Positions 1 to 14,676 are shown, numbered from the whole stretch's first letter. The stretch: DNA of 63,186 nucleotides, filler included, from Octopus bimaculoides (GCF_001194135.2; 5 parts of 5 records of this genome joined end to end with filler, not necessarily neighbours in it); one strand, 5' to 3'. Notes: generated from the letters alone by a model not told the origin. Numbers and translations: made by a program.

Positions 1-2468
1 AAGAATAATATAACGCGAGGATTGAGAGTAACAGGTTTTAATAGTGGATTCCAACATTTGTTTCTGCACTGCATACCAGCTTTAAGTTACTGAGTTTATT
101 ATTCGAAGACCATTATACGAGAACATTCTTTACATAAACCATACTAATCTGATGTAAAGAGGAATTCTACATGCGTATACAACCCTGGAATATATGCCAC
201 TGCAGGATATCATTTGGTAACCAAAAAACTACATAAGAGCTCTTATAGGCACGTTCGAGGTTTCCTCCCAAATTATATGTGTGTGTGTGTGTGTCGGCGC
301 AGGCATGGTTGTGTGGTAAGAAGTTCATACATTACACAATAAACACACATCCATATACACTCCCCAACATGCGCGCGCGCGCGCACACACACACACACAC
401 ACATGTATAATAGAGAGAGCGTGGTAGAGGGATTTTATCACCACAACCACCACAACTATAGGCTGTTTCCAGTAGTGAGAAATATCTATATTTTAAAGTT
501 AAGATAAATTAATCTTGATTGAAAGTTTTTGCGACAGACAAATTACTGTCGATTTGTTGGTAAGTTCGACAAACAGTAAATTGTTGTTTATGACACCACA
601 TATACAGATTTATTTTATATTTAGTAACAGAGATAAATATCTATGTTAAGCAACAGATATACTTCGCACAAACTTTCTGCGTAAAATTATTTAAAATTGC
701 TAATAATTTTTGCTCCTTATTTACTGTAAAAAAAAAGCCTCCATATTCACTTTAAAAGTGCTTCAAAATGGCTGACATTCTGACATTTCAACCCACTTCT
801 TAACTACAACAAATACATGTAGAAATGTGTAATAATTGAGTTAAATTGAAGTTTAAATAAATTCCATTAAATATGTTCAAATTTATAACAAGGTTTTATG
901 ATTTCATTCCAAAGTAAATCCATATTACTNNNNNNNNNNNNNNNNNNNNNNNNNNNNNNNNNNNNNNNNNNNNNNNNNNNNNNNNNNNNNNNNNNNNNNN
1001 NNNNNNNNNNNNNNNNNNNNNNNNNNNNNNNNNNNNNNNNNNNNNNNNNNNNNNNNNNNNNNNNNNNNNNNNNNNNNNNNNNNNNNNNNNNNNNNNNNNN
1101 NNNNNNNNNNNNNNNNNNNNNNNNNNNNNNNNNNNNNNNNNNNNNNNNNNNNNNNNNNNNNNNNNNNNNNNNNNNNNNNNNNNNNNNNNNNNNNNNNNNN
1201 NNNNNNNNNNNNNNNNNNNNNNNNNNNNNNNNNNNNNNNNNNNNNNNNNNNNNNNNNNNNNNNNNNNNNNNNNNNNNNNNNNNNNNNNNNNNNNNNNNNN
1301 NNNNNNNNNNNNNNNNNNNNNNNNNNNNNNNNNNNNNNNNNNNNNNNNNNNNNNNNNNNNNNNNNNNNNNNNNNNNNNNNNNNNNNNNNNNNNNNNNNNN
1401 NNNNNNNNNNNNNNNNNNNNNNNNNNNNNNNNNNAAGAGCAACAGAATAAGTACTAGCTAAAAAAAAAAAAAAAGGTAGGGTGCAAGTACTGAATGCGAT
1501 TCCTTCGACTAAAATTCCACGAGACCGTGCCCCGGCATGGTCGTAGTCTAATGACTCAAAAAAGGAAAAGATAAAAGATAGATAGATAGATAGATAGATA
1601 AAATTTACGAAATATTACTTCCAATGGTGTGAGAATATATGTGCATACAATTAATGGGCAGAGCGACTCACAGCCTCACCTCCAACTTGCATTGCAACTA
1701 CATTAAAATAAGGATGTTATAGGCAGAGTTTCGACTGAGCAAGTTCGTGTGAAATGCAAAAAAAATTAGCAAGCAAACAACTGACATCAGAGAATATTCT
1801 TCCTGTTCCCTACAAATTCTAACATGTACGATAACCATTATGAACGTTCCTCAGCCGATCTTATATTTGTGATTTGTTCCCCTGTAACATTCATTTCTAC
1901 CCACAAGTTTTTTCAATGTTTAAATACATAAATATCATTATCTGACCAGTTCCTTACATTTTATACCTTTGTATGATGTATATCTTAATATATAAAACAG
2001 TGTTTGTGTGTGCGCGCAGCGTGCGTATGTTCCTTATGGATTCGAAAACTTAGGTGCCTATTTTGACGTATGAGATATCAAAACATTCTGTAATCTTTCA
2101 GCTACCAAACAAAGTATTTGTTTTGCACAACAACTCTTTTTTACTATAAAAATAATCTCGGAAACGAGGTCAGGTCGCCTAATTTTGTGATCTTTAGCAA
2201 AGGGAGGCAACTCTGCCTGAACAATCAGGGAATGAAACTTCGAAGATATACCGTCAACTTTATTAGTATTATCTAGTAGATACTCTTTTCATGTGAAGCA
2301 TGTTTGTCTGTGTTTTGTTTAGCCCAGAGTTGCCGTTGATGTAGCAGATCCATGCATAGATTTTTTTTTTTCTTCAAATACTGTAAATCTGTGTCTTTCT
2401 TTTGGTGAAAGGGTGTGTTTAAGAGATATTTGGCTGCTATTTGTAGTAGCTCGAGTTACCATAGAACA

Positions 2469-2509
<41 letters not shown>

Positions 2510-3164
2510 AGATGTGAAAACAAATTGTTGGAAGTCAAGGAGACTGAGATGTACATATAGTGTTATCGTATAGAGTGGATTTCAGTATGAAGCTTTGAAC
2601 TCATTATTTTGTGTTTAGTAATCCATTACCTTAAATTTGAAGCCATTAAGTATTTAAACATTATTTTGATGGGCTTAGTTTTTCGACTGTCACCATGATG
2701 GAGTATCACCTTCAAAAGTTTCAATGGTCATACTGACCTCAGTACGTATTTTACTCCGTTATTTATTTTATAGCTCTCTGTTTCATGAACTGCTAACTTT
2801 GAGACATAGTGGGATTTAACAATAAATGTAAACACACACACATACACACACACATCAGGTGCAAGAATAGCTGTGTGGTTGAGAAGTTTGCTTCCCAACC
2901 ACACGGTTCCACGTTCAGTCCCTCTGCATGGTACCTTGGGCAAGTGTTTCCTACTAAAGTACTAGGCCAACCACAAACTTGTAACTAAATCTTGTAGATG
3001 GAAACTGCAGCGTTGTTCTTCAGAAAATGATCAAAAAGCATTTTTGTAAAGAAGAGTTATTTGCTTCATACTCTTTGTGTGTCGATTTTGCCCATAAGAG
3101 AGGAACTAATAATACAATGTAGCTGTAGGTCATAACACCCGGGCAACACCGAGATGCATTGCTA

Positions 3165-3204
<40 letters not shown>

Positions 3205-4272
3205 NNNNNNNNNNNNNNNNNNNNNNNNNNNNNNNNNNNNNNNNNNNNNNNNNNNNNNNNNNNNNNNNNNNNNNNNNNNNNNNNNNNNNNNNNNNNNNNN
3301 NNNNNNNNNNNNNNNNNNNNNNNNNNNNNNNNNNNNNNNNNNNNNNNNNNNNNNNNNNNNNNNNNNNNNNNNNNNNNNNNNNNNNNNNNNNNNNNNNNNN
3401 NNNNNNNNNNNNNNNNNNNNNNNNNNNNNNNNNNNNNNNNNNNNNNNNNNNNNNNNNNNNNNNNNNNNNNNNNNNNNNNNNNNNNNNNNNNNNNNNNNNN
3501 NNNNNNNNNNNNNNNNNNNNNNNNNNNNNNNNNNNNNNNNNNNNNNNNNNNNNNNNNNNNNNNNNNNNNNNNNNNNNNNNNNNNNNNNNNNNNNNNNNNN
3601 NNNNNNNNNNNNNNNNNNNNNNNNNNNNNNNNNNNNNNNNNNNNNNNTCACAAGGCTTTGGTCGCCCGAAGCTATAATAGATGACACTTGTCCAAGGTGC
3701 CACGCAGTGTGACTAAACCCGGAACCATGTGGTTGGTTAGCAAACTACTTACCACACAGCCATACATACATACATACATACATACATACATGTGAAGGAA
3801 TCTCTCGTGGAAAAGTGTTCAGTTTTTGCTGAACGACCGCCACAAATGGTTTGGTTTATAGTCGTCAACTGATGACCTAGTGATCGCAAAGAAATGTAAG
3901 ATGAAATGTTTTACTCCCACTTTTCTGGGAGGGGCTTTTATCCCCAAAATGGCTTTCATTTTCTACATATCTTTGGTCTGGGAGGTTTTTGTTTTCTCCG
4001 ATTGTAATGCTTTCTGTGCATACACATACATACAAATGCTTTCCAAATTAAATTTGCACTTCATTTTTGAAACTCCCGTCAAGCTGTAGTCTGATACACA
4101 AGCACTCAACTATAAGTGCATTAAATCTTATAACAGAAACAGCGGTAAGCCAATGAAGGTTCATGACAATTTCTTATTCCATTGTCATATATGTAATGTC
4201 TTATTGCTCTGTACACAATTTTCGCCTTGTTACTGAAGCATATGTAGATTGAGTTCTTACACCAGGCTAAGC

Positions 4273-4311
<39 letters not shown>

Positions 4312-4917
4312 TATATATACACACACACCATTACGTCTTTTTTTTAATCCTTGAAAATCTCATGAACAAATATTATCAACACTTTCTAATTAGTTCAATA
4401 CGATATAATATCTCAAAATGTTCTATAAAAATATATTTCTAATTAACCAAATATAATCAGATATATTTACAGAAGCCATTGCCCTAATTATTAATCATAT
4501 AAATTACTAGGGTGGTACTCTCAGATGACGGATATCTTTCGAAGTATACTTTTGCCACCAATGGTTGATAGAAAATATGGCTTACATACAATAATGATAA
4601 TCAAACTCCAATCAAATTTCTATGAATATTAATTTTCAAAATAAAGTGAAATAAAACAAATCTGATTATTTGAAGTATGTTATGATTTATATAAGTATGT
4701 TATATTTGGAATAAGTATGCTATGGGCTTGTGAGACTGTGTGCGAAAGAGGAAGAGAGAAAATGAGAGTGAAACAGAGGGTGGATATGTGAACTCACATT
4801 GTATAAAATCAACTTTGAGAGTAATTTTGCTTCAGTTTTTAAACTTTTCAGATATAAACTATGAAATAAAGCCTAAGTACGAGGGTAAGTAGAATGCACT
4901 CGTGTTTCTGTAACTGA

Positions 4918-5919
4918 TTAAAACAAAATCAGAGGTTTGACAATTACATCATTTTCGACATAGTCTCTTTGCTTTTCAATGCACTTCCTCCAGCGGCCCA
5001 CAAAATTGTTTATTCCACCAGCGAAGGATTTCAGCTAGTCGCACAGCCATTTATCCATCGTTTCTTTCTCGTCTTTGTCAGTAACAATTCAACGATCTCG
5101 TAAAGGATGTTTGAGTGGTCCAAAGAGGTGATAGTCGGCGAGATCTGGACTGTACGCAAGATGTTCTAGCAACTCGGAACCCAATTTTGCAATGGTTTCA
5201 ATGGTGTGGGCAGCTATACATATATTGTCGTGCAAGAATAAAACTTGCTTTGTCAATAAACCTCGGTGTTTGGTGCTAGTTTCAGTTCCTTAGCCAGCTG
5301 CCACTGTAGCCTAAACTGGTAACTGTAGATCACTTTTCCTGTTAATATTCCAGTATAGGTTCTTTTGCATCCTCAAAAATAGTATCACTTTTTTTCTGCG
5401 AAAGGTTGAGTCTTGGATTTCTTTCAAATAGTGATTCCGGGATTTTCACTCCATAATCGAGCTTTTGGATTTTGGCTCAAAGTAATGAACCCAGTTCTCC
5501 TCTCCCGTGAATATTCTTTCCAAAAAAGCTTCATTTCAACGTTGTTACGGTCGAGTAAGCGTTAACGGATCTTCACACGATTGCACTTATGCGCTTCAAT
5601 AAGCTCTCTTGGCACCCATCTTCCACAGACTTTACGTATGCAGAGCCTTCATGAATTTGCAGAAAAAATGTCACTTGTCGCTTCACCAGAATCTTCACGT
5701 CAGTGGTTGACGGCATCCTGCTCTCTTAATGCTTCGCGCTTGGCCAGCTGTGTTTAAATTTCTCGGTCCACTCATATATATTTCTATGCGGTAGAGCCCT
5801 GACCCCGTATAGTACTGAAAGTTTACGACGAATATCAACCCTTGACACACTTTATAACAGAGAAATCGGACCACTGATCTCTATTCTTCGTTGGTGCACA
5901 CTGTCAGCGGAGCGGTCAT
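4918..5919 (-). pseudogene. Degenerate mariner transposase; element end TACGAGGG at 4878
   Basis: MTAPLTVCTNEE*RSVVRFL N-terminus, LFLHDN and LEHLAYSPDLA-DYHLFGPLK catalytic blocks, KCIEK..DYVE C-terminus; stops and frameshifts. Confidence 0.9.
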
Positions 5920-8227
5920 GTTCAGACTGTAACACAAGAAAATTGGAGCGATCAAGGTCAAACCTAGGTTACGTAACCACAAGTGTACCACCTTTTAGTT
6001 CGCAAGGCTGAAGGAAATGCGACCAGCATAAAGAAATTTTTGGCGAAAATGCGGATAATTTTTAATTTCCTTTTATATATTTCCCCAATCATGTGAATTC
6101 TAAGTCATATACTCAATATGCACATATATGTGTCCTATTTAAACTTTAAAAAAAAATTTAGTCTATCACACTCACACACCAACTCACATTTTCCATATCA
6201 CACATGTATTTTATATATGTATGTATTTATCCGCTGTTCTGTTCAATAACACCTCCCACAACTGCCTTGTGTTTTACTTCTCTCTTTCTCATTGTGTAGC
6301 GTCCTTTTATTCATTGCCTGCCAGCAAGCCTACTACTTGAACTCATCCCGCACCTCTACTGCTAATTTCTGTAACTTCCTCTCCTCTCTATGATGTAATG
6401 TCTGACTGGAAAATTCAACCAACCAGTCAACCAGCCAACCAGCCAACCAACCAACATTTTACATCAGCTATTGTCATATATGAACTATTCAAGCACAAAC
6501 ATTCTAAATGAAAACTGACTGCCATGTATTCGTTTCTTTACACAAAATCTTTCCTCATCGTGAATCATCAAATTGTTTCCCAACCTGTATAATAGCTAAG
6601 GCTTTTGCGCATGCGCCGAATTGAAAAAGTCCTGAATATTTTGAACAATTAGATCAGAAAGGTGAATGAAAACATTCGTGGGACGATGACCATGACCATG
6701 GTCATGACAATCATGACCATGATGAGAATGACAACTGGGCCAGGGATGACGATGATGACTATGGTGTTCTCGGCCATCATGATGATGACGTGATAATGGA
6801 AAGGTAGAAAAATATAAAAAAAAAAAACAGAGGGAGTAGGAGGAGAGGTAGGTAAGGAAGAAGAACAAGAAAAAGGAGGAGAGGGAAGGGAGGCTCGTAA
6901 TTGTCACCATCTTTAATTATTCACCGTACAAGTCAGCTTTGATTGGTTTGTGTCAAAGGTCATATATAAAATTTTATTTATTCCTTTTTCCCCTTTATTT
7001 CGTCAATCAAAGTAGAACCCTCGCCCTCTCCCTTCCCAAAATCCATTATCATAATGGCGGAAGGTCAATGACTTACTCATTTGTCTTTGTAAGATCTCGC
7101 AACCGCGCCTCCATTGCTTGCACACAATGACGCACGTACACACACACACATACATACACGCCCGCGCGCAAATATATGAGAGAAACATATAGATGCATAC
7201 ATACACACATACACATGTATATACATCCACATACATACGCACACACACACACACACACACATGTATACGTACGCACACACTCATATGCACACACGCCTAC
7301 ACGCACGCACACACTCATACGCACACACATACACACACACACGTATGTGTGAGTGTGTGTGTGTGCGTATCTTTCTCGCTGGTCGTAGTGGTGGTATTGA
7401 TATTGTTTCTTCTTGTTGTTGTTGGTGGTGATGGAGGAGTAGTGGCGGTGTTAATGGCGGGAATAGTAGTAGTAGTAGTAGTANNNNNNNNNNNNNNNNN
7501 NNNNNNNNNNNNNNNNNNNNNNNNNNNNNNNNNNNNNNNNNNNNNNNNNNNNNNNNNNNNNNNNNNNNNNNNNNNNNNNNNNNNNNNNNNNNNNNNNNNN
7601 NNNNNNNNNNNNNNNNNNNNNNNNNNNNNNNNNNNNNNNNNNNNNNNNNNNNNNNNNNNNNNNNNNNNNNNNNNNNNNNNNNNNNNNNNNNNNGGTGGTG
7701 GTGGTGGTGGTTATAGTAGGGGTGGTGATGGCGGTGATGCTAGTACTGGCGATGCTGATGAAAGTGAAATTATGTTGCCGTTGTAGTAGACTAGTCCCAA
7801 GTCCGTCTTGATTCAGAAGGACCAAAAAAAGTGCTCTGTCCGTGACTATCTCTAATAAATACACACACACATTTTCTTTTGTCCCGCATTGTAGCCTCAT
7901 TTGCAATAGTCGCAGTAACAATATCTTTCAACCAATCAAGTGTCATATTACAAGGTTATCTTCTTAACTCTTTCATTCAAACACCACCTTACTTTTCTCC
8001 ACACTCCCCCACAGCAAGTATATGTTGACATACTTTCCCCGGTTTCTCTACCCAAACTTCTATGATGAAGCTCAGCGACAATTAGCTTTGATGAAACAAC
8101 TGTGGCCATGTCGTAAGGATATCAATAAGTCCACTTGCAATATACTCTATGTTCAGAATCGAGTTTTTTCCTAAGTGTAGGCTAAAAAGATTCGATACAT
8201 ACTCATTTAGATACATATAGCATGTCA

Positions 8228-8353
8228 GGCTAAAGATATCTTGATTAAATTAAAGATGTACATGTTGACGCATGGAAGATTGAATCTTCCATGCGTCAAC
8301 TTGTACATCTTTGCGACAATGTAACCTTTAATTTAATCAAGATATCCTTGGCC
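8228..8353. repeat. Near-perfect long palindrome centred on G8282
   Basis: Left arm 8228-8281, right arm 8283-8353; three mismatches and one 17-nt extra segment in the right arm. Confidence 0.9.
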
Positions 8354-8677
8354 TTTGGATTTTTACCACTTCTGAGGTTCCACCCGCTATGAAACATATG
8401 TAGCCCGGATCTTACCTACTCCATTCCGTAAATCTTGTATTTTCATTCGCACACCCGGTAACCTGGGTCGCCTACCTTGGAATATAAAAAGATCCTTTTT
8501 CAGCTTATCGTTCTTCGATAAAAAAAAATCCACAACCTTCCGTCTCAATAATCCACTATTGTCCCCGAAAGTTGTTTTATATATATATATATATATATTT
8601 ANNNNNNNNNNNNNNNNNNNNNNNTATATATATATATATATATATATTCTCTAAATGACAATAACATTTATAATATT

Positions 8678-9240
8678 AACGGCACGTCAATCTACAACGG
8701 CGCATCAAGATCGCCACCTGCACCGACAGCACTTGCAGGACCGATTCCAAAGGGCAACGGAATCAGCTAAGCAGACTATAGGGGCTCATCACAGACCCAC
8801 TTGTGCAGAGATAGTTCGCCGCCGGCTGAGGTCTTTCAATCTGTCTTGTCGACGTCGGGATAGGTGCCCCATCCTCACTGATCGTCATCAACCAAGTGTT
8901 GAGGCCTCACATTGTGTCATACTTTGCCCATCATCAAAATCACGTCTTCCAGCAAGACAACCTCCGTACACAAACTGCCAGGTTGACAACAGACTTCATC
9001 CAACAGCACAACATCAAAACACTGCCATGGACTAAGTCAGGACTTGAACCCCTTAGAGCATCTGTGGGATGAAATCAAAGAATGCTAAATGACATCCGTT
9101 CAAGGCCGGCAAATGCGGCACAACACTGCAAGTTTTAACAGAGTGTGAGCTGTTATCCTCATGGCCTTCATCAATCGTTTGGTGCATTCAATGTACAGAA
9201 GATGCCTGCTATCGATCCTGCCAACTCACCGTTCTATTAA
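8678..9240 (+). mobile_element. Internally deleted Tc1-family transposase remnant
   Basis: TTAHQDRHL..HLQDRF.RATE..IVRRRLRSFNL (Tc3-like HTH region) followed by FQQDN...TLPW..DLNPLEHLWDEI (DD34E region). Confidence 0.85.
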
Positions 9241-10088
9241 GTATTGGATATTGGTTTCCAATTTTGGCAATAGTTTTGGGGAAATCGATTATATCGACTC
9301 CAATGTCCAACTGGTACTTATTTCATCGACCCCGAAAAGATGAAAGGTAAATTTAACCCAAGCTGAATTTGAAATCGGAATGTAAAGACAGATCGACTTT
9401 AATATCAAATGCCAGGGTCGATTTTGATATTAAATATTGGTCTTAAATTTTGACGCAGGGCCACATTAATATTAAATATTAAAGGCAAGTAAGACGGCGA
9501 GGTAACAGAATCGTTAGCACCCCGACAAAATGTTTGCGGCATTTCGTCAATCTTTATGTTCTGAGTTCAAATTCTTCCGAGGTCGATTTTGCCTTTCATT
9601 CTTTCGAGGTCGGTAAAATAAGTACCAGTTGAGTATTGGGTTCGATGTAATTGACTTACTCCTTCTCTTGAAATTGCTGGCCTTGTGCCAAAATTTGAAA
9701 CCAATATTAAAAGCAGTTGTGTGTATGCATAGCAACTAAAGTTATGTACATATATGAATATTGTGTATATTTATTTGCACGCACACACTCATACACACAC
9801 GTATGCACACATATACACACGCGAAAAGAACACAGCATGTGGTGTCAATCTGTACATACCTAATAAAACATATTATCTTATCTTTTAAATTTCAAGAACG
9901 TTAAGGCAGCGACCAGTGTAAAGAAAATACACCGACGACGACGACGACAAAAAAGCAGGATGATGATGCTGATGATGATGATAGTGGGGGGGGGGGTGAT
10001 GGTGATGGTGATGGTTTCGGTGGTGCTGATGATGATGATGATGATGACGACGACGTTGATGATGATGATGATGATGACGACGACGACA

Positions 10089-10119
<31 letters not shown>

Positions 10120-10960
10120 CGGTGATGATGCTAATGTGAAGGAGGAGGAGGAAGATAACGTATAGTAAATAAAATGTAGAAAACTGTAAAATCGTCCGGT
10201 TGTGTGAAATGTGAGAAGTGTGACTTGTGCGATTGTGGCAGCAATGTTCTTAAGGAAGCCACGACTACAGCTGTCGAAGAACTGGCTTAATTTGGTCAAA
10301 CTAATTGCCACAGTTGGCATCGACATCGGGGTTTTTCCCCCTTCACAACAGATCCAGTTACACTTTTTCTATCCCTTTTCTCATTGTTTTTACTCTATTT
10401 CCATATAATCTTCTTCTCTTCCTCCTCTTTCCCGGCCCTCGGGCCACACTACCCCTTGTGCCACCAGCCAATTTCCCATTGACGTCGTATTAGTTTAGTG
10501 TATGATTAGATAAATGTTAATAAGAAAAGGTTTTACAGGGTCAAGATGAGATGTGTCAGAGCATATTTAACGACTTTGTCGTCGTAGTGACACAGACTAA
10601 GAAGGACATGGGCTCCAGGCGGTCCCGATAACACAGTGAGATAGGGTTTCAATTCCTAACTGAAGTCAATTCACTTCATAAACACCGATAATGGTGAATA
10701 TAATGACACACCAGCTTCTTACCTTATGGCCCCAATTTATCTTTTAAATTACCAGTTATACACTGCGTTCCATCTCTATAGATTCACGGTAAACATTTGC
10801 TTTTATACGTATTTAACAAAAATCAATTTGAAATAAAACAAAACAAACAATAAAATGACATTGTTTTATCCGTCTTTTGCTATCTGTCTGTTTGTCTCAT
10901 ACTCATACACACTCTCTTCCTCCATTACACACGCGCGCGCGCACACACACACACAGTATC

Positions 10961-11269
10961 CTTACTTTTTACTCTTTTACTTGTTGTGGCCATGCTGGAG
11001 CACCACCTTTAGTCGAAGATATCAACACCAGGACATATTCTTTGTAAGCATAGTACTTATTCGATCGGTTCTCTTTTGCCGAACCGCTACATTTCGGGGA
11101 CGTGAATGTACCAACATCGTTTGTCAAGTGATGGTAGGGGAACAAATAGACACACACACACACACAAATATATATATATATATATATATATNNNNNNNNN
11201 NGGTGCTATGCAGTAGGACTGAACCCAGAACCATGTGGTTGGGAAGTAAGCTTCTTACCACACAGCCAC
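10961..11269 (-). mobile_element. SINE family A copy with internal (CA)n(TA)n and a small gap
   Basis: Reverse complement of the family A tail and head. Confidence 0.8.
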
Positions 11270-11795
11270 ATGTCTATATAATTTCGAGTTCTCTCGTCCT
11301 CATATTTTGCTACGGTACTATATTCACCATGATTTCTGACATTAACCACATGGCTGAGATGGGCAATTAGATATAATGTATACGCGGGAAATGCATGTGT
11401 ATCTGTACGCAGAAATTTATTGGTATGTATATGTATTTTTCACTTATATATTATCGGTGTATCTCTACTGAAGAGTGTAAAGTAATTTTTTATTACAGAA
11501 CACGAAATCTTAAGATAGTATTATCCGAAATTTTTGTAAATCTTCTTCCCCATTACCTCGCATTCGGCCTTGTGTTGTAATTGAAATGCAGAACAAATTT
11601 ACAGTGACTTGCAGACATATGATATCCACTTCTAGCGTATATGCGTTGGTACTCCAGTGCCCTTAATTATAATCATATTTTTATAATTATATACTTAAAA
11701 ATTAATTTTACTAATATGGTGGCTTTTATACGCTAACCACTGATATAATCATTTTAATCATTTTATATCAGTAATTATATTTAATGATTATATCA

Positions 11796-11832
<37 letters not shown>

Positions 11833-12236
11833 TATGCAGGGCAGGGAATCGNNNNNNNNNNNNNNNNNNNNNNNNNNNNNNNNNNNNNNNNNNNNNNNNN
11901 NNNNNNNNNNNNNNNNNNNNNNNNNNNNNNNNNNNNNNNNNNNNNNNNNNNNNNNNNNNNNNNNNNNNNNNNNNNNNNNNNNNNNNNNNNNNNNNNNNNN
12001 NNNNNNNNNNNNNNNNNNNNNNNNNNNNNNNNNNNNNNNNNNNNNNNNNNNNNNNNNNNNNNNNNNNNNNNNNNNNNNNNNNNNNNNNNNNNNNNNNNNN
12101 NNNNNNNNNNNNNNNNNNNNNNNNNNNNNNNNNNNNNNNNNNNNNNNNNNNNNNNNNNNNNNNNNNNNNNNNNNNNNNNNNNNNNNNNNNNNNNNNNNNN
12201 NNNNNNNNNNNNNNNNNNNNNNNNNNNNNNNNNNNN

Positions 12237-12276
<40 letters not shown>

Positions 12277-13116
12277 ATATGTTGTTCGTTGTGTGAGGGC
12301 GGTGCCTGTGTAGTAATATGCTCTGGTGTATAGAGGTAGAAGTGTAGATTGTATATTTCAGCCATCTTTAAATCCAACAAGCATATGTGTCCAATGGTAA
12401 TTATCTACCTGAGTGTCATCTTTCAGGAAATTAGAATTTGGTCACCTGACATCTTTCATCCAATCCCATAACTTTCATGCCATTAGCTCGACGGTTATAA
12501 TGGCTGGCATGATCGATAAACGCTGCGTATTATTATAGAGAAAAGAATGGGAGAAAAAAAGGGAGGAGAGAGGTGAAAGAGAATGATAGTGTAAGAGAAT
12601 GAGAGTAAACGAATATGAGAGAGACAACGAAAGAAAGAATTGATACTTTCTGGTGCATGGTTCCATAACATTTTCTTGAGTACAAAATGTCTAGGGTTGA
12701 TTAATAAGCCCAGTAAAGCGAAGATGAAATCTTATCTCGTCCAGGAGACGCGATACAAATTGTATCCATAGCTGAGCAGTTTTCACAAGAACGACTGCCA
12801 GACACGATTGAACATTTTAGTGATGTCGAGTCCAATAAATCAGGTTTCATCAAATTCTTGAGGGCAAAAATCCACTAGTGAGTGACTTAAGAGAGTACCA
12901 TTTCAATAGATTTGGTTTTACGAAATATTTACAGGTTGTCATTAAAAGTGGTTGGAGAAAAATCCAAAATGCTGGAAAAGGATTTGGTTTTTGTTTTCTG
13001 AGATAATTGAGGATTGGATGAATAGAAAGGTTCATGGAAATGGGACAAACAGTTGTCTATAACCAAGATCCATTATATATATTTGTTCAGATATGTATAC
13101 GTATCTATTGATATAC

Positions 13117-13220
<104 letters not shown>

Positions 13221-13450
13221 AAACATACAACCACGCACAAACACATACGCGCGCGCGCACACAGTATCCTCTAAAATCGTGTTCAAATTCAGGACATAGA
13301 TTTGCACTATCACCAAACTGTAAATGCCCCAAGGAAAACAAAAATAACTTGCTTCATTCTGTCACCTGAAAACTACAAATTTGATTTTATAGTCTCTGAG
13401 AGCACGCACACACACATTTTAATACGTTTTTTCTTCTTTTTTTATACACA

Positions 13451-13850
13451 GACGCAGGTGTGGTAAGAAGCTTGCTTCCCAACCATATAGTTCTGGGTCA
13501 GTTCTACTGCATGACAACTTCTCTATTATAGCTTTGGGACGACGAATGTCTTGTGAGAGGATTTAGTCGGCGGAATCTGAAAGAAGACCACCGTATATGT
13601 GCATGTGTGTGTGTGTGTGCGCGCGCGCATGTGATTCTGCCTGTGTTTATCCTCGACCACTGCTTGGCAACCGGTATGGTGTTGGTGTGTTTACGTTCCC
13701 GTAACTTAGCGGTTTAGCAAAAGAGAACGATAGAATAAGTACCAGACTTTAAAAAAAATAGTATTGGGATCGATTCATTCGACTAAAAACTGTTCATGCA
13801 GTGCCCCAGCATGGCCGCAGTCAACTGACTGAAACAAGTGCAAGATAAAA
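13451..13850 (+). mobile_element. SINE family A copy with internal (TG)n(CG)n
   Basis: Head, internal microsatellite and tail collinear with 44408-44830. Confidence 0.82.
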
Positions 13851-14161
13851 CATAATATATATACATATATTTTTGCATTTTGCATTAATGCAGACATGTA
13901 AGTAGTTTATTTATCATTAAATATAATTACATAAACTATTTACATGTTTCTAAGTTACGAAACAATTTGTCGTGATATTAGAATTTTTTTATTGTTAAAT
14001 CAAATATCATCAAACAATTTCTCTGTCGTTTGTGACTTTATTCACTTCTTATCGTTTTCTCTTGTATCGTACTATACATTCTATTCTGTAGAATGATTCG
14101 TTAAGGAACTTTTTTATGAGTACTACCGACTACTTGAATCTCTGTATATTGTGATTTAAAT

Positions 14162-14230
<69 letters not shown>

Positions 14231-14636
14231 ACCAAACACAGACACACCACCCTCTATACTCTTTCTCCTATCTCACTCTCTTTTTCTCTTTCTCAGTCTT
14301 TCTCTGTCTCTAAAAGTCAGATCGATGGAAATTAAGATAGTCCCGCACCCCCGCCACAGCAACTGTTGTCAGATTGCAGGGTAAAAACAAAACCCCCACT
14401 ACAGGCACATACACACTCAGACATACACACAAACACACACACATACATACACACACACTCACACACACATACACACACACACAAACACACTACTCCATAC
14501 GAGGCGGCGCCAGGTAGCTGGGGCCACTGTTCATTATAAATATTCTAATGTCACAAAAGAAAGAAAGCGAGAAACCACGACGGCTATCGTATATTTGGAA
14601 CAAATTATTTATACATTCAAGCATACATTCATAAAT

Positions 14637-14676
<40 letters not shown>

